From positions 1-64,000 of IMG/VR virus record IMGVR_UViG_3300032087_006376: a stretch of 64,000 bases of DNA; one strand, 5' to 3'. This document shows positions 1 to 9,642 of this stretch, one piece after another. Numbering within the stretch: position 1 is the stretch's first letter; each line of letters opens with the position of its first letter. The notes under the pieces are model-generated. The model was given only the letters and a program-made list of their open reading frames with translations, ran no database searches and was not told the DNA's origin. This DNA is from a virus. The translations under genes were made by a program, and so were the position numbers.

Positions 1-2
1 CA

Positions 3-2639
3 GTAGAAGATGATTTAAGTGATAGCTTAATGTCAGTTAATGATGCTGCTGGTCTACCAGTGTTAGAAGTATTTGCTGATAGTTCAGTATGCGCTGGTAG
101 ATATAGTTGTAGTGACTTTTATATTGCTAGTGGTGGTAATATTGGTTTTGGTACATCAGCTCCTACTTTTGCTGCCGTAAGTGGTAATACTGCTAAAGGT
201 TTAGAAATTGCTAATATTGGTAATGACACACAAGCTAGCTTGCGTTTAAGAGGCCACAACAATACCGGTACACCTGGTGTGGCTACTTACACAGAGCTTA
301 AACATGCTGGGGGTAATCTAGCCTTCCATATAGATCATAACGGTACAAATGTTATTACTATAGATTCAAACTGTAATGTTGCTATAGGTACAACATCTGC
401 AGGTTCCTGCAAGTTGTTAGTAGTTGGAGATATTAAAGCATGTGATGGTTGGCTCCGTACTACTGGACAACGAGGCTGGTATAGTGATACATACTTTGGT
501 GGTATCTATCAGACAGATGTCGATTACATGAGGTTCTATAATAGTAAGAGCCTTAATATGTGTAATGCTAATATTCATTATATTAATGAAACGCACTTTT
601 ATCAGGGAGCCCGTTTTTGTGGTACAAGTGTTAGTGGTATAGCTCTATGTGGTTCTGGTACAGCATATCTAGAAATGAAACCAGCCGGGGTAACAAACGG
701 TCACTTTTACGCTGAAAATAATGGTAACATTGGTATACTTGATGCTGGAGGATCTTGGGCAATCAAACATAGAAATGATAGTGATACTCTATTCTATGAT
801 ACAGGTGGTACTCAAAGAGCTTGTATAGGTCAAACTCAATCTTCTTTCAATACTAGTTTATTAATATCATCTGATTGGTTCTCAGGAACCGAACCAGAGC
901 AGCTTACAATTCAAGGTTCTTACCCTTCATTAGCTCTTAGAAATACTTTATGTTCTGGTAGTACATTTTTATTACACTCAGAAAGTACAGGTCATTTAAA
1001 TTTTTACTCTACAGTTGCTGGTTGTGGTGTGAGTAGTGATAACTGGACAAAGCGAGCATGTATTACAACCGCTGGCTATGTTTGGTCTCAAAATGGTTAT
1101 TACGCTAATGGTAGTGGACTTATAAGACAAGTCACAGGTTCCTATGGATCTATAGAAGTTGATGGAGGTGGTACTAATGGCTGGGAAGGTTTTAGTATTG
1201 GTGGTCGAGCAGTGTTCATGCATAATAACGGTACATCTACTGGTATATATAATGACGTTGATAATGAATGGTTATTTTGTGCCTCTCACAATGGAACAGC
1301 TGCTCTATATCACAATGGAACAGGAAGAATTTACACCACAGGATCTGGCGCATGTATAAATCAAGGAACTAGTAGCCCTGGCTTGCAAATTACAGGTAGT
1401 GGATCTGAAAAAATTAACATGTCAGGCGCAACTGATCCTTACATTAGATTTGAGGAAGGTACAACTGATAAAGCTTATATACAGTGGAATGGAACCCAAG
1501 GAGTATTTAAAATATGGAACCAAGAAGATAATAGAGGTATTGTAATCAATACAGATCTATGTTTTTATAATGGTAATGGTTGTTGTACTGTATATCACAC
1601 TGGTAACTCAACAATACCTACTAACAATAATCAGTTAACTAATGGCGCTGGCTACACAACTTGTACAGGTACAACTACTCCTAGTAATACTCAAACATTT
1701 ACAAATAAAAGTGGTAATATTAGTCAATGGACAAACGATTCTGGTTACACAACCTGTATAGGAGACATTACAGGTGTTACTGCTGGTACAGGTTTAACCG
1801 GTGGTGGTACATCTGGTGGTGTCACTTTATCGTTACCTTGTTGTATAACAGCAGGTACGTATGGTAGTACATCTAATGGTACAAAAATTGATAATATAAC
1901 TGTTGATGCTCAGGGAAGAGTTACTTCTATTACTACAGGCGCTACAGGATCGACATCATGTACAGGAGATATTACAGCTGTCACAGCCGGTACATGTATG
2001 ACAGGAGGCGGAACTTCAGGATCGGTAACAATATCGCATGCTGATACATCTTCACAGTCTAGTTGTAGTCCGGGTAATCCTAATAGATGTTTCATGAAGA
2101 GTGTGTGCGTTGATGGTTATGGTCACGTAACACAAATGACTCAAGATTATATTGGATTCTTTGCGTATTTGAATAGACTTTATACTGACTTTGGGTCTAG
2201 TACTCAATTGTATGTTACTATTGGTGCCGGAACAGGCATTAGTGTTTCTACTCCTAACTCCGGTCAGATAACAATAACTAACTCTTGTCTTTCTGATTAT
2301 AGAATGAAGACATGCGTTGAATCATATGTTGATGCATATGATATAGTTAAAGGAGTTGAAGCTTATAAGTATGTTCTTATAGATGATGAAGAGCAAAAAG
2401 AAGAGACTGGTCTAATTGCTCATGAACTACAAGAGGTTTTACCTAATGCTGTTATAGGAGAAAAGGATGCAGTTGATAAGAAAGGCGATCCTGTTTACCA
2501 GGAGGTAGTATATTCAGGCTTAGTACCTACTTTGTGGTCAGCTTTAAGAAAATCTATAGAGAAGATAGAACAATTAGAAGAAACAAATAATACATTAATA
2601 GATAGAATAACTAAACTAGAACAAGCAATAGGAATATAA
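3..2639 (+). CDS. Tail fibre protein with C-terminal intramolecular chaperone (peptidase S74-like) domain; 5' truncated by window edge
   Basis: Frame is open from nt 3 (VEDDLSDSL precedes the ATG at 30). Gly/Thr/Ser-rich repeats. C-terminal SDYRMK...ETGLIAHELQEVLPNAV...coiled coil is typical of S74 chaperones. Confidence 0.85.
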   Translation, partial: VEDDLSDSLMSVNDAAGLPVLEVFADSSVCAGRYSCSDFYIASGGNIGFGTSAPTFAAVSGNTAKGLEIANIGNDTQASLRLRGHNNTGTPGVATYTELKHAGGNLAFHIDHNGTNVITIDSNCNVAIGTTSAGSCKLLVVGDIKACDGWLRTTGQRGWYSDTYFGGIYQTDVDYMRFYNSKSLNMCNANIHYINETHFYQGARFCGTSVSGIALCGSGTAYLEMKPAGVTNGHFYAENNGNIGILDAGGSWAIKHRNDSDTLFYDTGGTQRACIGQTQSSFNTSLLISSDWFSGTEPEQLTIQGSYPSLALRNTLCSGSTFLLHSESTGHLNFYSTVAGCGVSSDNWTKRACITTAGYVWSQNGYYANGSGLIRQVTGSYGSIEVDGGGTNGWEGFSIGGRAVFMHNNGTSTGIYNDVDNEWLFCASHNGTAALYHNGTGRIYTTGSGACINQGTSSPGLQITGSGSEKINMSGATDPYIRFEEGTTDKAYIQWNGTQGVFKIWNQEDNRGIVINTDLCFYNGNGCCTVYHTGNSTIPTNNNQLTNGAGYTTCTGTTTPSNTQTFTNKSGNISQWTNDSGYTTCIGDITGVTAGTGLTGGGTSGGVTLSLPCCITAGTYGSTSNGTKIDNITVDAQGRVTSITTGATGSTSCTGDITAVTAGTCMTGGGTSGSVTISHADTSSQSSCSPGNPNRCFMKSVCVDGYGHVTQMTQDYIGFFAYLNRLYTDFGSSTQLYVTIGAGTGISVSTPNSGQITITNSCLSDYRMKTCVESYVDAYDIVKGVEAYKYVLIDDEEQKEETGLIAHELQEVLPNAVIGEKDAVDKKGDPVYQEVVYSGLVPTLWSALRKSIEKIEQLEETNNTLIDRITKLEQAIGI
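1761..2030 (+). repeat. Two copies of a 22-codon GDITxVTAGTxxTGGGTSGxVT repeat within the tail fibre (1761-1826, 1965-2030)
   Basis: Seen in the translation; DNA copies differ mostly at synonymous positions. Confidence 0.8.
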
Positions 2640-2640
2640 T

Positions 2641-3585
2641 ATGGCACAAGTATACGGAAATCCAAAATTAGGTTTATTTGACGGTGGTGGTTTCAGAGAT
2701 GGAACTCGAGGAGAGTTTACTTTGGGTACATATAATGAAGAAGGTCTAAGCTTTCAGAAAGCCCACCGCAAAGGTAGTATTAGAATGACTGGTGGTAATG
2801 GTAGTGGTTATATTACTGCTAGTTATATACCCATCGATACTAGCAAAACTTATCAGTTATTGTGTTACGCTAAAACTAGAGCTGTCGGTACAAGCGGTAA
2901 TACAGCCGGTGGCCATATAGGCTTTGCTTGTTATGATAAAAATAAATCATTTATTGATTTGAGAAATTGTGGGGATACAGGTAATACAACTCTCAGTAGA
3001 GCAGCCTCACCTGGAGACTCTGTTATCTATTTTACTGGTAGTAGCGGCTGGTATACAGGGTCTGATGTAACTAATAATAGAGCATATTTTAGACAGATAT
3101 TATTCTTTCCATCTACTCATCCTGATTATGGCACAGCTCACCAATACACTAGATTCAACAATAGATCCTATTATCGTATGGAACAAACTGCTCAAGGAGA
3201 TTGGGCAGTATATCTAGAATCAAATACTAGTAGTCAGACTAATACATACACCGCTGCAACGTTACCGGATTATGGTTATAGCTTACCTGCGGGTACTCCA
3301 GTTAGTAGAGGCGTAGCAGGAGGTACTTATAACTATGCATTAGGAGCGCCTAACTATCCTTTGAATGTATGGACTAGATATGCTACAGCTCCGTTCACAG
3401 GAGAAAATAAAAATAGCGGTACACCTTTCAGATATGCTACTAAGTTTATAAGATTCTTATGTTTAAGAAATTATAACAGAAGAACTGAATCTGTACAAGA
3501 CCATGAGTGGTCTTTAGCTAATATATTATTTACAGAGTGTCACGGTGGTAGAGATTATAGAGATATTTTTCCAACAACAGGTTAA
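2641..3585 (+). CDS. Hypothetical tail-associated / carbohydrate-binding-like protein
   Basis: 314 aa, G/T/Y-rich beta-type composition, lies between the tail fibre and LamG genes. Confidence 0.5.
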   Translation: MAQVYGNPKLGLFDGGGFRDGTRGEFTLGTYNEEGLSFQKAHRKGSIRMTGGNGSGYITASYIPIDTSKTYQLLCYAKTRAVGTSGNTAGGHIGFACYDKNKSFIDLRNCGDTGNTTLSRAASPGDSVIYFTGSSGWYTGSDVTNNRAYFRQILFFPSTHPDYGTAHQYTRFNNRSYYRMEQTAQGDWAVYLESNTSSQTNTYTAATLPDYGYSLPAGTPVSRGVAGGTYNYALGAPNYPLNVWTRYATAPFTGENKNSGTPFRYATKFIRFLCLRNYNRRTESVQDHEWSLANILFTECHGGRDYRDIFPTTG

Positions 3586-3587
3586 TT

Positions 3588-3701
3588 ATGCCAGAAAAGA
3601 TAAACGAATTTGACGAAGAAATAGACGGTGTCATGCATCATGTAGAAGAGTATGATGATGGAGAGTTATTAATTGCACCTATAAACAACGAAGATGATTA
3701 A
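3588..3701 (+). CDS. Small acidic protein (37 aa, MPEKINEFDEE...), not in ORF track
   Basis: ATG 2 nt after the upstream stop; fills the gap and overlaps the next start. Confidence 0.4.
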   Translation: MPEKINEFDEEIDGVMHHVEEYDDGELLIAPINNEDD

Positions 3702-4932
3702 AGGAGGACCAAGAGTAGTTACAGATGGGTTAGTATTATGTCTTGATGCACATGATGCTAAGTCGTATGCTGGAGAACCTGTTACAAATTTGTATGGAGA
3801 CATGTCTACTTCTTCCAGTCTCAGAGGAAATAGAACGGAATATAATACAGGAGGAACTTGGCCATCAGATATGCCAATGTGTCCAGAGCCTGTAGGTAGA
3901 GTTTATAAACATACAAGCGGTGCATTAACATCTTCTTGGTCTGGTAATTCTTACGGTTATATGCATAAAGATATATCTACTACATCTGGTTTGATGTACA
4001 CTTTAACTTGTTGGGTTTATCTTAGTCCAGATTGTGATATAGATTACATGTTTGCGAGCATAGAAGGAGCTACTAGTAACTACGGTGCATGGACTGGATA
4101 TCCCAATGGTTATGATTTTACCAAAAAGGGTACATGGCAATTATTGTCAAGACATGCAACAGCTGATACTAGTGTAAGATTTCTTATTTATCCGGGTCAT
4201 ACAGGAGTTACGGATGGGTCTTTTTCTGGTTTTTTTGCTTGGGGTGGGATGCAGGTAGTGCAAGCGGAACATGTAACTCCATTTGTTTTATCTTCTCGTT
4301 CAGCTACTAACGGTTGGGTAGATAGATCAGGTAATAGTAATCACGGTACATTAGTCAATATGGCAGGAACTGGAACATCTCACTATAGAGACGGTCAAGT
4401 GATAATGCCTGTTGCTAATAGTTATTTTGATTTTGATGGGACTAACGATTGTATTACTTTACCTAACGATATAGGTTACACTGATGCTGTTAGTGTTTTT
4501 GCTTGGTTTAAAAGAGACACGAATACAGGTGTTTTGGGTGGATATCATATTATATGTGCAACTACTCCTTTAGAATTGTCAGTTAATCAGGGTGGAAATT
4601 ATTTAAGAAATGGGATTGAGGTTAATGGTACAAGATACGTATCAAATGACGGTAGTGCAATAGGAACAGGAACTTGGCATTACGTTGGGTTTACTTGGTC
4701 TACTTCTGATTACACCAAAAGATCCTACGTTGACGGGGTTCAAGTAGGCACTCAGTCAACAGGTAGCACTGGCACTTCAAGTTACAGCTTTTCAGGTAGA
4801 AGCTTAGGTTCATGGAACGGTGGTACTTACGCATTAAATGGTAAAATAGCATTATATCAAGTTTACAATAAAGCGTTGACGCAAGCAGAAGTATTAAGTA
4901 ATTATAACGCAACAAAAGAAAGATTTAGTTAA
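3694..4932 (+). CDS. LamG/concanavalin A-like lectin domain virion protein
   Basis: N-terminal VVTDGLVLCLDA; FDFDGTND...WHYVGFTW...NGKIALYQVYNKALTQAEVLSNYN LamG signature. Confidence 0.75.
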   Translation: MIKGGPRVVTDGLVLCLDAHDAKSYAGEPVTNLYGDMSTSSSLRGNRTEYNTGGTWPSDMPMCPEPVGRVYKHTSGALTSSWSGNSYGYMHKDISTTSGLMYTLTCWVYLSPDCDIDYMFASIEGATSNYGAWTGYPNGYDFTKKGTWQLLSRHATADTSVRFLIYPGHTGVTDGSFSGFFAWGGMQVVQAEHVTPFVLSSRSATNGWVDRSGNSNHGTLVNMAGTGTSHYRDGQVIMPVANSYFDFDGTNDCITLPNDIGYTDAVSVFAWFKRDTNTGVLGGYHIICATTPLELSVNQGGNYLRNGIEVNGTRYVSNDGSAIGTGTWHYVGFTWSTSDYTKRSYVDGVQVGTQSTGSTGTSSYSFSGRSLGSWNGGTYALNGKIALYQVYNKALTQAEVLSNYNATKERFS

Positions 4933-5654
4933 TGGCATATCATAATAATCCAAGAATAGTCACTGATGGTTTAGTGTTGTGTTTAGATGCTAATGCTAAA
5001 GCATCTTACCCCGGCACTGGAACTACATGGTATGATTTGTGCCATAATTACGACTTCACTTTAAGTAATGCAAATTTATATACTCAAGCATCAAATGGAG
5101 CTTACTATATGAATTTTGAAGGTGGTATTGCAAAATATTTACCCGGTGGAACGTTAACTAACGTACCAAATTATGCTAATGCTACAATATGTATTTGGTC
5201 TACTGTAAAAGCAGATGACGGAAATTGGAAAACTTTAGTTAGAGGCGCTAGTGGAGATCATCAAGTTATAGTTAGTTATGCTAATGGTATAGATTTAGGT
5301 ATGTACGATAATGGTGGAGGTCAATTTATTGATTCTGGCTTCAATATGAATACAATGTCTAACCATACGACACAGTTTCATTTTATGGCTTGGAAGCTAA
5401 GTACTTCTTCTCCTTACTATCAATTTTATTATGATGACAATACATCTAGCGCTTCAGGTACAATAACAAATGCCAACGCGACGTTTAATAATGGTTTTGC
5501 TAGTGTAGGAGCTTATCATAATGCCAGCTCAAGTACTACAGTCTTCAGTCAAGAATGGGGTAAAATAGGCTCTTTTGCCTATTATAATAGGCATTTAAGC
5601 TCTAGTGAGTTATTACAAAATTACAACGCCCATAAAACTAGATATGGATTATAA
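4932..5654 (+). CDS. LamG/concanavalin A-like lectin domain protein (paralog of upstream gene)
   Basis: IVTDGLVLCLDANAKASYPGTGTTWYDL; C-terminal YNRHLSSSELLQNYNA. Confidence 0.7.
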   Translation: MAYHNNPRIVTDGLVLCLDANAKASYPGTGTTWYDLCHNYDFTLSNANLYTQASNGAYYMNFEGGIAKYLPGGTLTNVPNYANATICIWSTVKADDGNWKTLVRGASGDHQVIVSYANGIDLGMYDNGGGQFIDSGFNMNTMSNHTTQFHFMAWKLSTSSPYYQFYYDDNTSSASGTITNANATFNNGFASVGAYHNASSSTTVFSQEWGKIGSFAYYNRHLSSSELLQNYNAHKTRYGL

Positions 5655-5656
5655 TT

Positions 5657-6013
5657 ATGTACGAATATAAATGTGAACTAATAAAAGTAGTAGATGGCGA
5701 CACTATTGATGTTTTAATAGATGTTGGTTTTTCTACTTTTAGAAAAGAAAGGGTTCGTTTATATGGTATTAATACTCCAGAATGCAGAACAAGAGATTTA
5801 AAAGAGAAAGAAAAAGGGTTGGCGGCGAAAGCTAGATTAAAAGAAATACTAAAAGAATTTGGTAAAAAATTTATTATAAAAACAGAAATTGATAAAAAAG
5901 GTAAATTTGGTCGTATATTAGGTCAGATATTTGATTTAGAAATGCAAAGTTGCGCGAATGATATGTTAGTTATGGAAGGTCATGCTGTTGAATATTTTGG
6001 TGGGAAGCGTTAA
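5657..6013 (+). CDS. Thermonuclease (SNase-like) family nuclease
   Basis: KVVDGDTID...RVRLYGINTPE...KFGRILG motifs. Confidence 0.85.
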   Translation: MYEYKCELIKVVDGDTIDVLIDVGFSTFRKERVRLYGINTPECRTRDLKEKEKGLAAKARLKEILKEFGKKFIIKTEIDKKGKFGRILGQIFDLEMQSCANDMLVMEGHAVEYFGGKR

Positions 6014-6019
6014 TTAAAA

Positions 6020-6025
6020 GTGTAA
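6020..6025 (+). promoter_or_regulatory. GTGTA(A/T) phage promoter-like motif
   Basis: GTGTAA 9 nt before ATG 6035; recurrent motif. Confidence 0.6.
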
Positions 6026-6034
6026 TATATATAA

Positions 6035-7126
6035 ATGGCTACCAGAGCTAACAGAATAATATATGCTAGTACTGATGTTTTGATTTCAGACAGCCCAGCT
6101 GCGCAAGCGCATACAGATACATATTCTCTTAAACGAATAGACAGAGTACAGCAGTCTTCTATTACTATTTCTAATAACATAGCAAACAAAAAACATATAG
6201 GTTATGATGATTTCCTTTATAACACAAACTATATGCCTCCTACAGTCACTTGTGACATTACTTATATAAGTCAAAATAACTCAAATGAATTAGTTTTAGG
6301 TTTAAATGCTAGTGGTGTTGGGATTTATAGTGGTTTAAATGTCACCGGAACTGATAAAAATTTATTTTTCTTATTTGATACTGGAACTGCAGTAAGAGAT
6401 ATAACAGGTTTATCAAGTTTTAATGGGGTTCAGGTTTTAGCTTTAGGAAATGCTTATATAACAAATTACTCTTGTTCTGCGGCTGTGGGAGCTTTACCTT
6501 CTGCGAGTGTTTCTTTTGCGGGTTCAAATGTGATATTTCAAGATTATAATGGATCAAACATAATTCCATCTTTAGAAAGCGGGAATATAACAAATTACAC
6601 ATACACATTAGCAAGTGATAATTTTAGAAAAGAAAATTACATAACTAATTTTGCTAATGAAGAAAATTTTATTAGGCCGGGAGATATAACATTAGAGTTA
6701 GAAGATTCTACAGAAAGAAATGGTGGAGTCAGATTTGTTTCTTCTGGAAAGATACAAAACTATCAAATAAACATACCTTTTCAAAGAAGAGATTTAGTAG
6801 GCTTTGGGAGTGATTATCCTTTTGAGCGACAGTTAATGTATCCATCTGTTGGAGAATTATCGATGAATGTTATATTTGATGGATTTAATACAGGCAATCA
6901 AACTGGAGTTATTTTTCAAAATCAAGATTATAATTTTAAAATAAAATTAAGAGATTGCGATGATTACACAACAGATAAACTTACTTACTCTATAACAGGA
7001 GCTAAGTTAGTGTCTCAACAAATGGCTACACAAATAGGTGAAAGTTTTGTTTTTCAGGGAGCTTTCGCTTTTCCTATAACAGAGTCTGGTAATTTTGCAA
7101 TAGATGGAACTTGTAGGTTCTCTTAA
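6035..7126 (+). CDS. Putative structural (tail tube-like) protein
   Basis: 363 aa, beta-rich; N-terminal NRIIYAS and RVQ motifs I associate with large-phage tail proteins; fold not verified. Confidence 0.35.
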   Translation: MATRANRIIYASTDVLISDSPAAQAHTDTYSLKRIDRVQQSSITISNNIANKKHIGYDDFLYNTNYMPPTVTCDITYISQNNSNELVLGLNASGVGIYSGLNVTGTDKNLFFLFDTGTAVRDITGLSSFNGVQVLALGNAYITNYSCSAAVGALPSASVSFAGSNVIFQDYNGSNIIPSLESGNITNYTYTLASDNFRKENYITNFANEENFIRPGDITLELEDSTERNGGVRFVSSGKIQNYQINIPFQRRDLVGFGSDYPFERQLMYPSVGELSMNVIFDGFNTGNQTGVIFQNQDYNFKIKLRDCDDYTTDKLTYSITGAKLVSQQMATQIGESFVFQGAFAFPITESGNFAIDGTCRFS

Positions 7127-7512
7127 AATTCTATTGTGGCGTTTTTTGTTTCAATTTTTTTAGGTCGATCTTTTAAATGTTTTTTACCAGTTTTCTTCTC
7201 ATAGTTATCAAAATGTTTACGCTTGATCGGATCTTCACCGCCGTGCAAAGCGGCTCTTTTTTCTGACAGCTCAGAAGAGTAATCTAACATATCTCCATAA
7301 GACCCTTTCATGCTTCCAGTTTTATGTATGAAAGAGTTTTTGTCAAACGGATCTACAACTTTAGAGTTACCTATATTAACTTGAGGCAGATCGTAAATTC
7401 GTTCCCAGAAATCTTCTTTACCATTTTCGCCTTTGTAAGGTTTATAGTCTTTCATGGGCATTTCAACTTCTTTTATCTCATTAGTTTTGGTATTTCTAAA
7501 ACTGTAAATCAT
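7123..7512 (-). CDS. Hypothetical protein (start re-assigned to MIYSFRN at 7512)
   Basis: The track start at 7527 is the GTG of a GTGTAT motif lying 9 nt before ATG 7512. Confidence 0.6.
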   Translation of the reverse strand: MIYSFRNTKTNEIKEVEMPMKDYKPYKGENGKEDFWERIYDLPQVNIGNSKVVDPFDKNSFIHKTGSMKGSYGDMLDYSSELSEKRAALHGGEDPIKRKHFDNYEKKTGKKHLKDRPKKIETKNATIEF

Positions 7513-7521
7513 ATATTTATT

Positions 7522-7527
7522 ATACAC
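7522..7527 (-). promoter_or_regulatory. GTGTA(A/T) phage promoter-like motif
   Basis: GTGTAT on minus strand, 9 nt before ATG 7512. Confidence 0.6.
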
Positions 7528-7534
7528 TTACTAT

Positions 7535-7566
7535 AAAAAAATTAAAGCGCAGGTTGCCCTGCGCTT
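7535..7566 (-). terminator. Intrinsic terminator after Hsp20
   Basis: AAGCGCAGG/CCTGCGCTT 9-bp stem (7545-7566) followed by a T-rich tract on the minus strand. Confidence 0.7.
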
Positions 7567-7587
7567 CAACTTACAATTTAACTGACA

Positions 7588-7974
7588 TCAAGTTATTTCA
7601 ATTAACTTTTGCTGTTCTTGCTTTTTGGGGATATTTACTGTGAGCATCCCGTTTAGCATCTTGGCTTTAGTATTATTGAAATCGTATTCTTCTTCACTGT
7701 AGTAATGTGAATATTCATCTAAGTCAATATTAAAAGTGTCTTTATTTTTTACTTTAATATTTAATGAATTGTTTTTGCAGAAAACTTTCACATCCTCCTT
7801 AGCTTTGCCGGGAAGTTCAAAGTTGAAAACGATTTCCTTATCTGAAGGTTCGTACGTATATCTGATTGTCTTATGATTGTACCACATAGTTACATTCTTT
7901 ATAGCAGATGACGTGCCAAGTTTTTCCGTGGTTTTTGGTATTAAAAACACTTTTTTAGAGTCGTTTTGTCTCAT
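7588..7974 (-). CDS. Hsp20/alpha-crystallin small heat shock protein
   Basis: FELPG..KEDVKV...AKMLNGMLTVNIPK pattern. Confidence 0.75.
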   Translation of the reverse strand: MRQNDSKKVFLIPKTTEKLGTSSAIKNVTMWYNHKTIRYTYEPSDKEIVFNFELPGKAKEDVKVFCKNNSLNIKVKNKDTFNIDLDEYSHYYSEEEYDFNNTKAKMLNGMLTVNIPKKQEQQKLIEIT

Positions 7975-9056
7975 GATGCGTTAATTGTGTCACATATAGT
8001 CTCAAGAGTTTTTGCGTAAGTGAAATCTGTTTTGAGTTTTTTGCCTTCTGTGTTTTCTTTTTTAGCATATTCGACGCTTTTAAGAATTGCGGATTCCATT
8101 TCTTCATCTGTGATGTCAAAAAATTCACCTTGATTGAAATTAGATTCCGGCTTGAAAAATACTCCATCGTGACAAGATTTAAGGCTGGATGGTTCTACCA
8201 ATATGCTGTTCTCTTTATTGGCCCATTCTTTATGAGCTGTAGCGTTCATTACAACACTCCATTTACCTAAAGCTGTAGCATTGAAAGATGGAAGATTCCA
8301 ACCTTCTCCGCCACTTAAGCCTCCAAGATCAATATCTATACTATTTAAAAACTCATTGACCTCTGAATTTGTTTGCATATAAGGAACAAAGTTGATATTA
8401 TTATAATGTTTACCTTCAGTGATCTTTAGAATTTCTGTTTGTAAAGAGCTAGCTTCTATAAAAGGGTTTGTTATTGCGCAACTGAGTTGATATTTAGAAT
8501 CATTTCCGAAAATTTTCAACCAAGTTTTAATTATTCTTGCTGTATTTTTTCGTTTTTCGAATTTACCCATTAATCCAAAATGAATTTTATCAGGTAAGTA
8601 TTGTTTATTTGTTTCTGAGAAATCTTCATCGAAGCCAAGCGGAACAAAATGCACATTTTCAATGCCGTTAAGCTCGAAAATGTCTTTAGTGTAGTTAGAT
8701 GTAACAAAAATATTATCTTGAAGTTTTAAAAGATTTGTTTCTATTTCTGTTAATTTAGAAACTTCATGAAAAGTAAGAAGAGATTGATTTTTAGTTAGTC
8801 TTTTTTCGCTTCCGAAAATATGCCATAATTTCAAGGTTGGAAGATCTTTATTTATAGTGTGATATCTTTTTTGTGTACAATCGTTTAAGAAAGATATGAA
8901 TCCTTGACTGCTTTTATCAAAAGCTTCTATTTGAACTTTATCTCCTATTGGAAAAAAAGTTAATTCATGGTTTTTTTTATAAATTTCTTTAAGAAGATTA
9001 ACTGAAACATTTCCAAAAGATAAAGAATTGATAGGGGCATTAAGTAATAGTTTCAT
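7971..9056 (-). CDS. Glycosyltransferase, GT-B (GT4-like)
   Basis: GKFEKRKN; GGEGWNLPSFNATALGK (EGF.LP..EA-like motif). Confidence 0.75.
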   Translation of the reverse strand: MKLLLNAPINSLSFGNVSVNLLKEIYKKNHELTFFPIGDKVQIEAFDKSSQGFISFLNDCTQKRYHTINKDLPTLKLWHIFGSEKRLTKNQSLLTFHEVSKLTEIETNLLKLQDNIFVTSNYTKDIFELNGIENVHFVPLGFDEDFSETNKQYLPDKIHFGLMGKFEKRKNTARIIKTWLKIFGNDSKYQLSCAITNPFIEASSLQTEILKITEGKHYNNINFVPYMQTNSEVNEFLNSIDIDLGGLSGGEGWNLPSFNATALGKWSVVMNATAHKEWANKENSILVEPSSLKSCHDGVFFKPESNFNQGEFFDITDEEMESAILKSVEYAKKENTEGKKLKTDFTYAKTLETICDTINAS

Positions 9057-9642
9057 ATTTTTGTTTTATTGTTTTTGATATTTTATTTAAAGCTGAATTA
9101 TGTATATTTATGCAGCCTTGTATGCTTAAATTCATTTGTTGGCTAACTTTTCTCCACGGAGTAAGTTTCCTATTTCCTTTATATCTAAGCTTAAAAATTT
9201 TTTTAATTCTTTTGTCTTTTTCTTTTTCTATTTCTTCGCTGAAAGAGCTTAGTATTTCTTCTTCTCTTTTTGTGGGCGATTCTATGAAAACTATTTTTTC
9301 TTTTTCGCTATTAAAAGTGCTATCTTCTATTTCTATGAATTTATTGTTTTTTTTATTTTTATTAGAAGCGTTTAAACATTTCCATTTAGCTTCATTGCCT
9401 AGGAATGTTGAAAACTTAGCGCCTTTTTCTTCGTTGTATTTTAATGCGGAATTGTAAATTGTTAAATCTTTATCATTTATGATGTCTTGCTTTAAAGCGT
9501 TGCCGTAAGTGTTACGCATATAAGAGTTAACAATGTCTAAATATATTCCAGAATGTCTGGAGATAAGCTCTTCTAAGCTGTTTTCTGTTTCAATATTGTT
9601 TTTAATATTATTTATTAATTCTATATCACTTAAATTCTCCAT
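9040..9642 (-). CDS. Phage RNA polymerase sigma factor (sigma70-type regions 2 and 4)
   Basis: LEELISRHSGIY...YNEEKGAKFSTFL (region 2); LRY...WRKVSQQMNLSIQGCINIHNSALNKI (region 4 HTH). Start assigned to MENL at 9642. Confidence 0.75.
   Translation of the reverse strand: MENLSDIELINNIKNNIETENSLEELISRHSGIYLDIVNSYMRNTYGNALKQDIINDKDLTIYNSALKYNEEKGAKFSTFLGNEAKWKCLNASNKNKKNNKFIEIEDSTFNSEKEKIVFIESPTKREEEILSSFSEEIEKEKDKRIKKIFKLRYKGNRKLTPWRKVSQQMNLSIQGCINIHNSALNKISKTIKQKYETIT

Noticed and set aside
1761-5654. Diversity-generating retroelement (repeats in the tail fibre, paralogous LamG N-termini)
   Set aside because: The copies differ at synonymous positions rather than only at adenines, and no reverse transcriptase is in the window.
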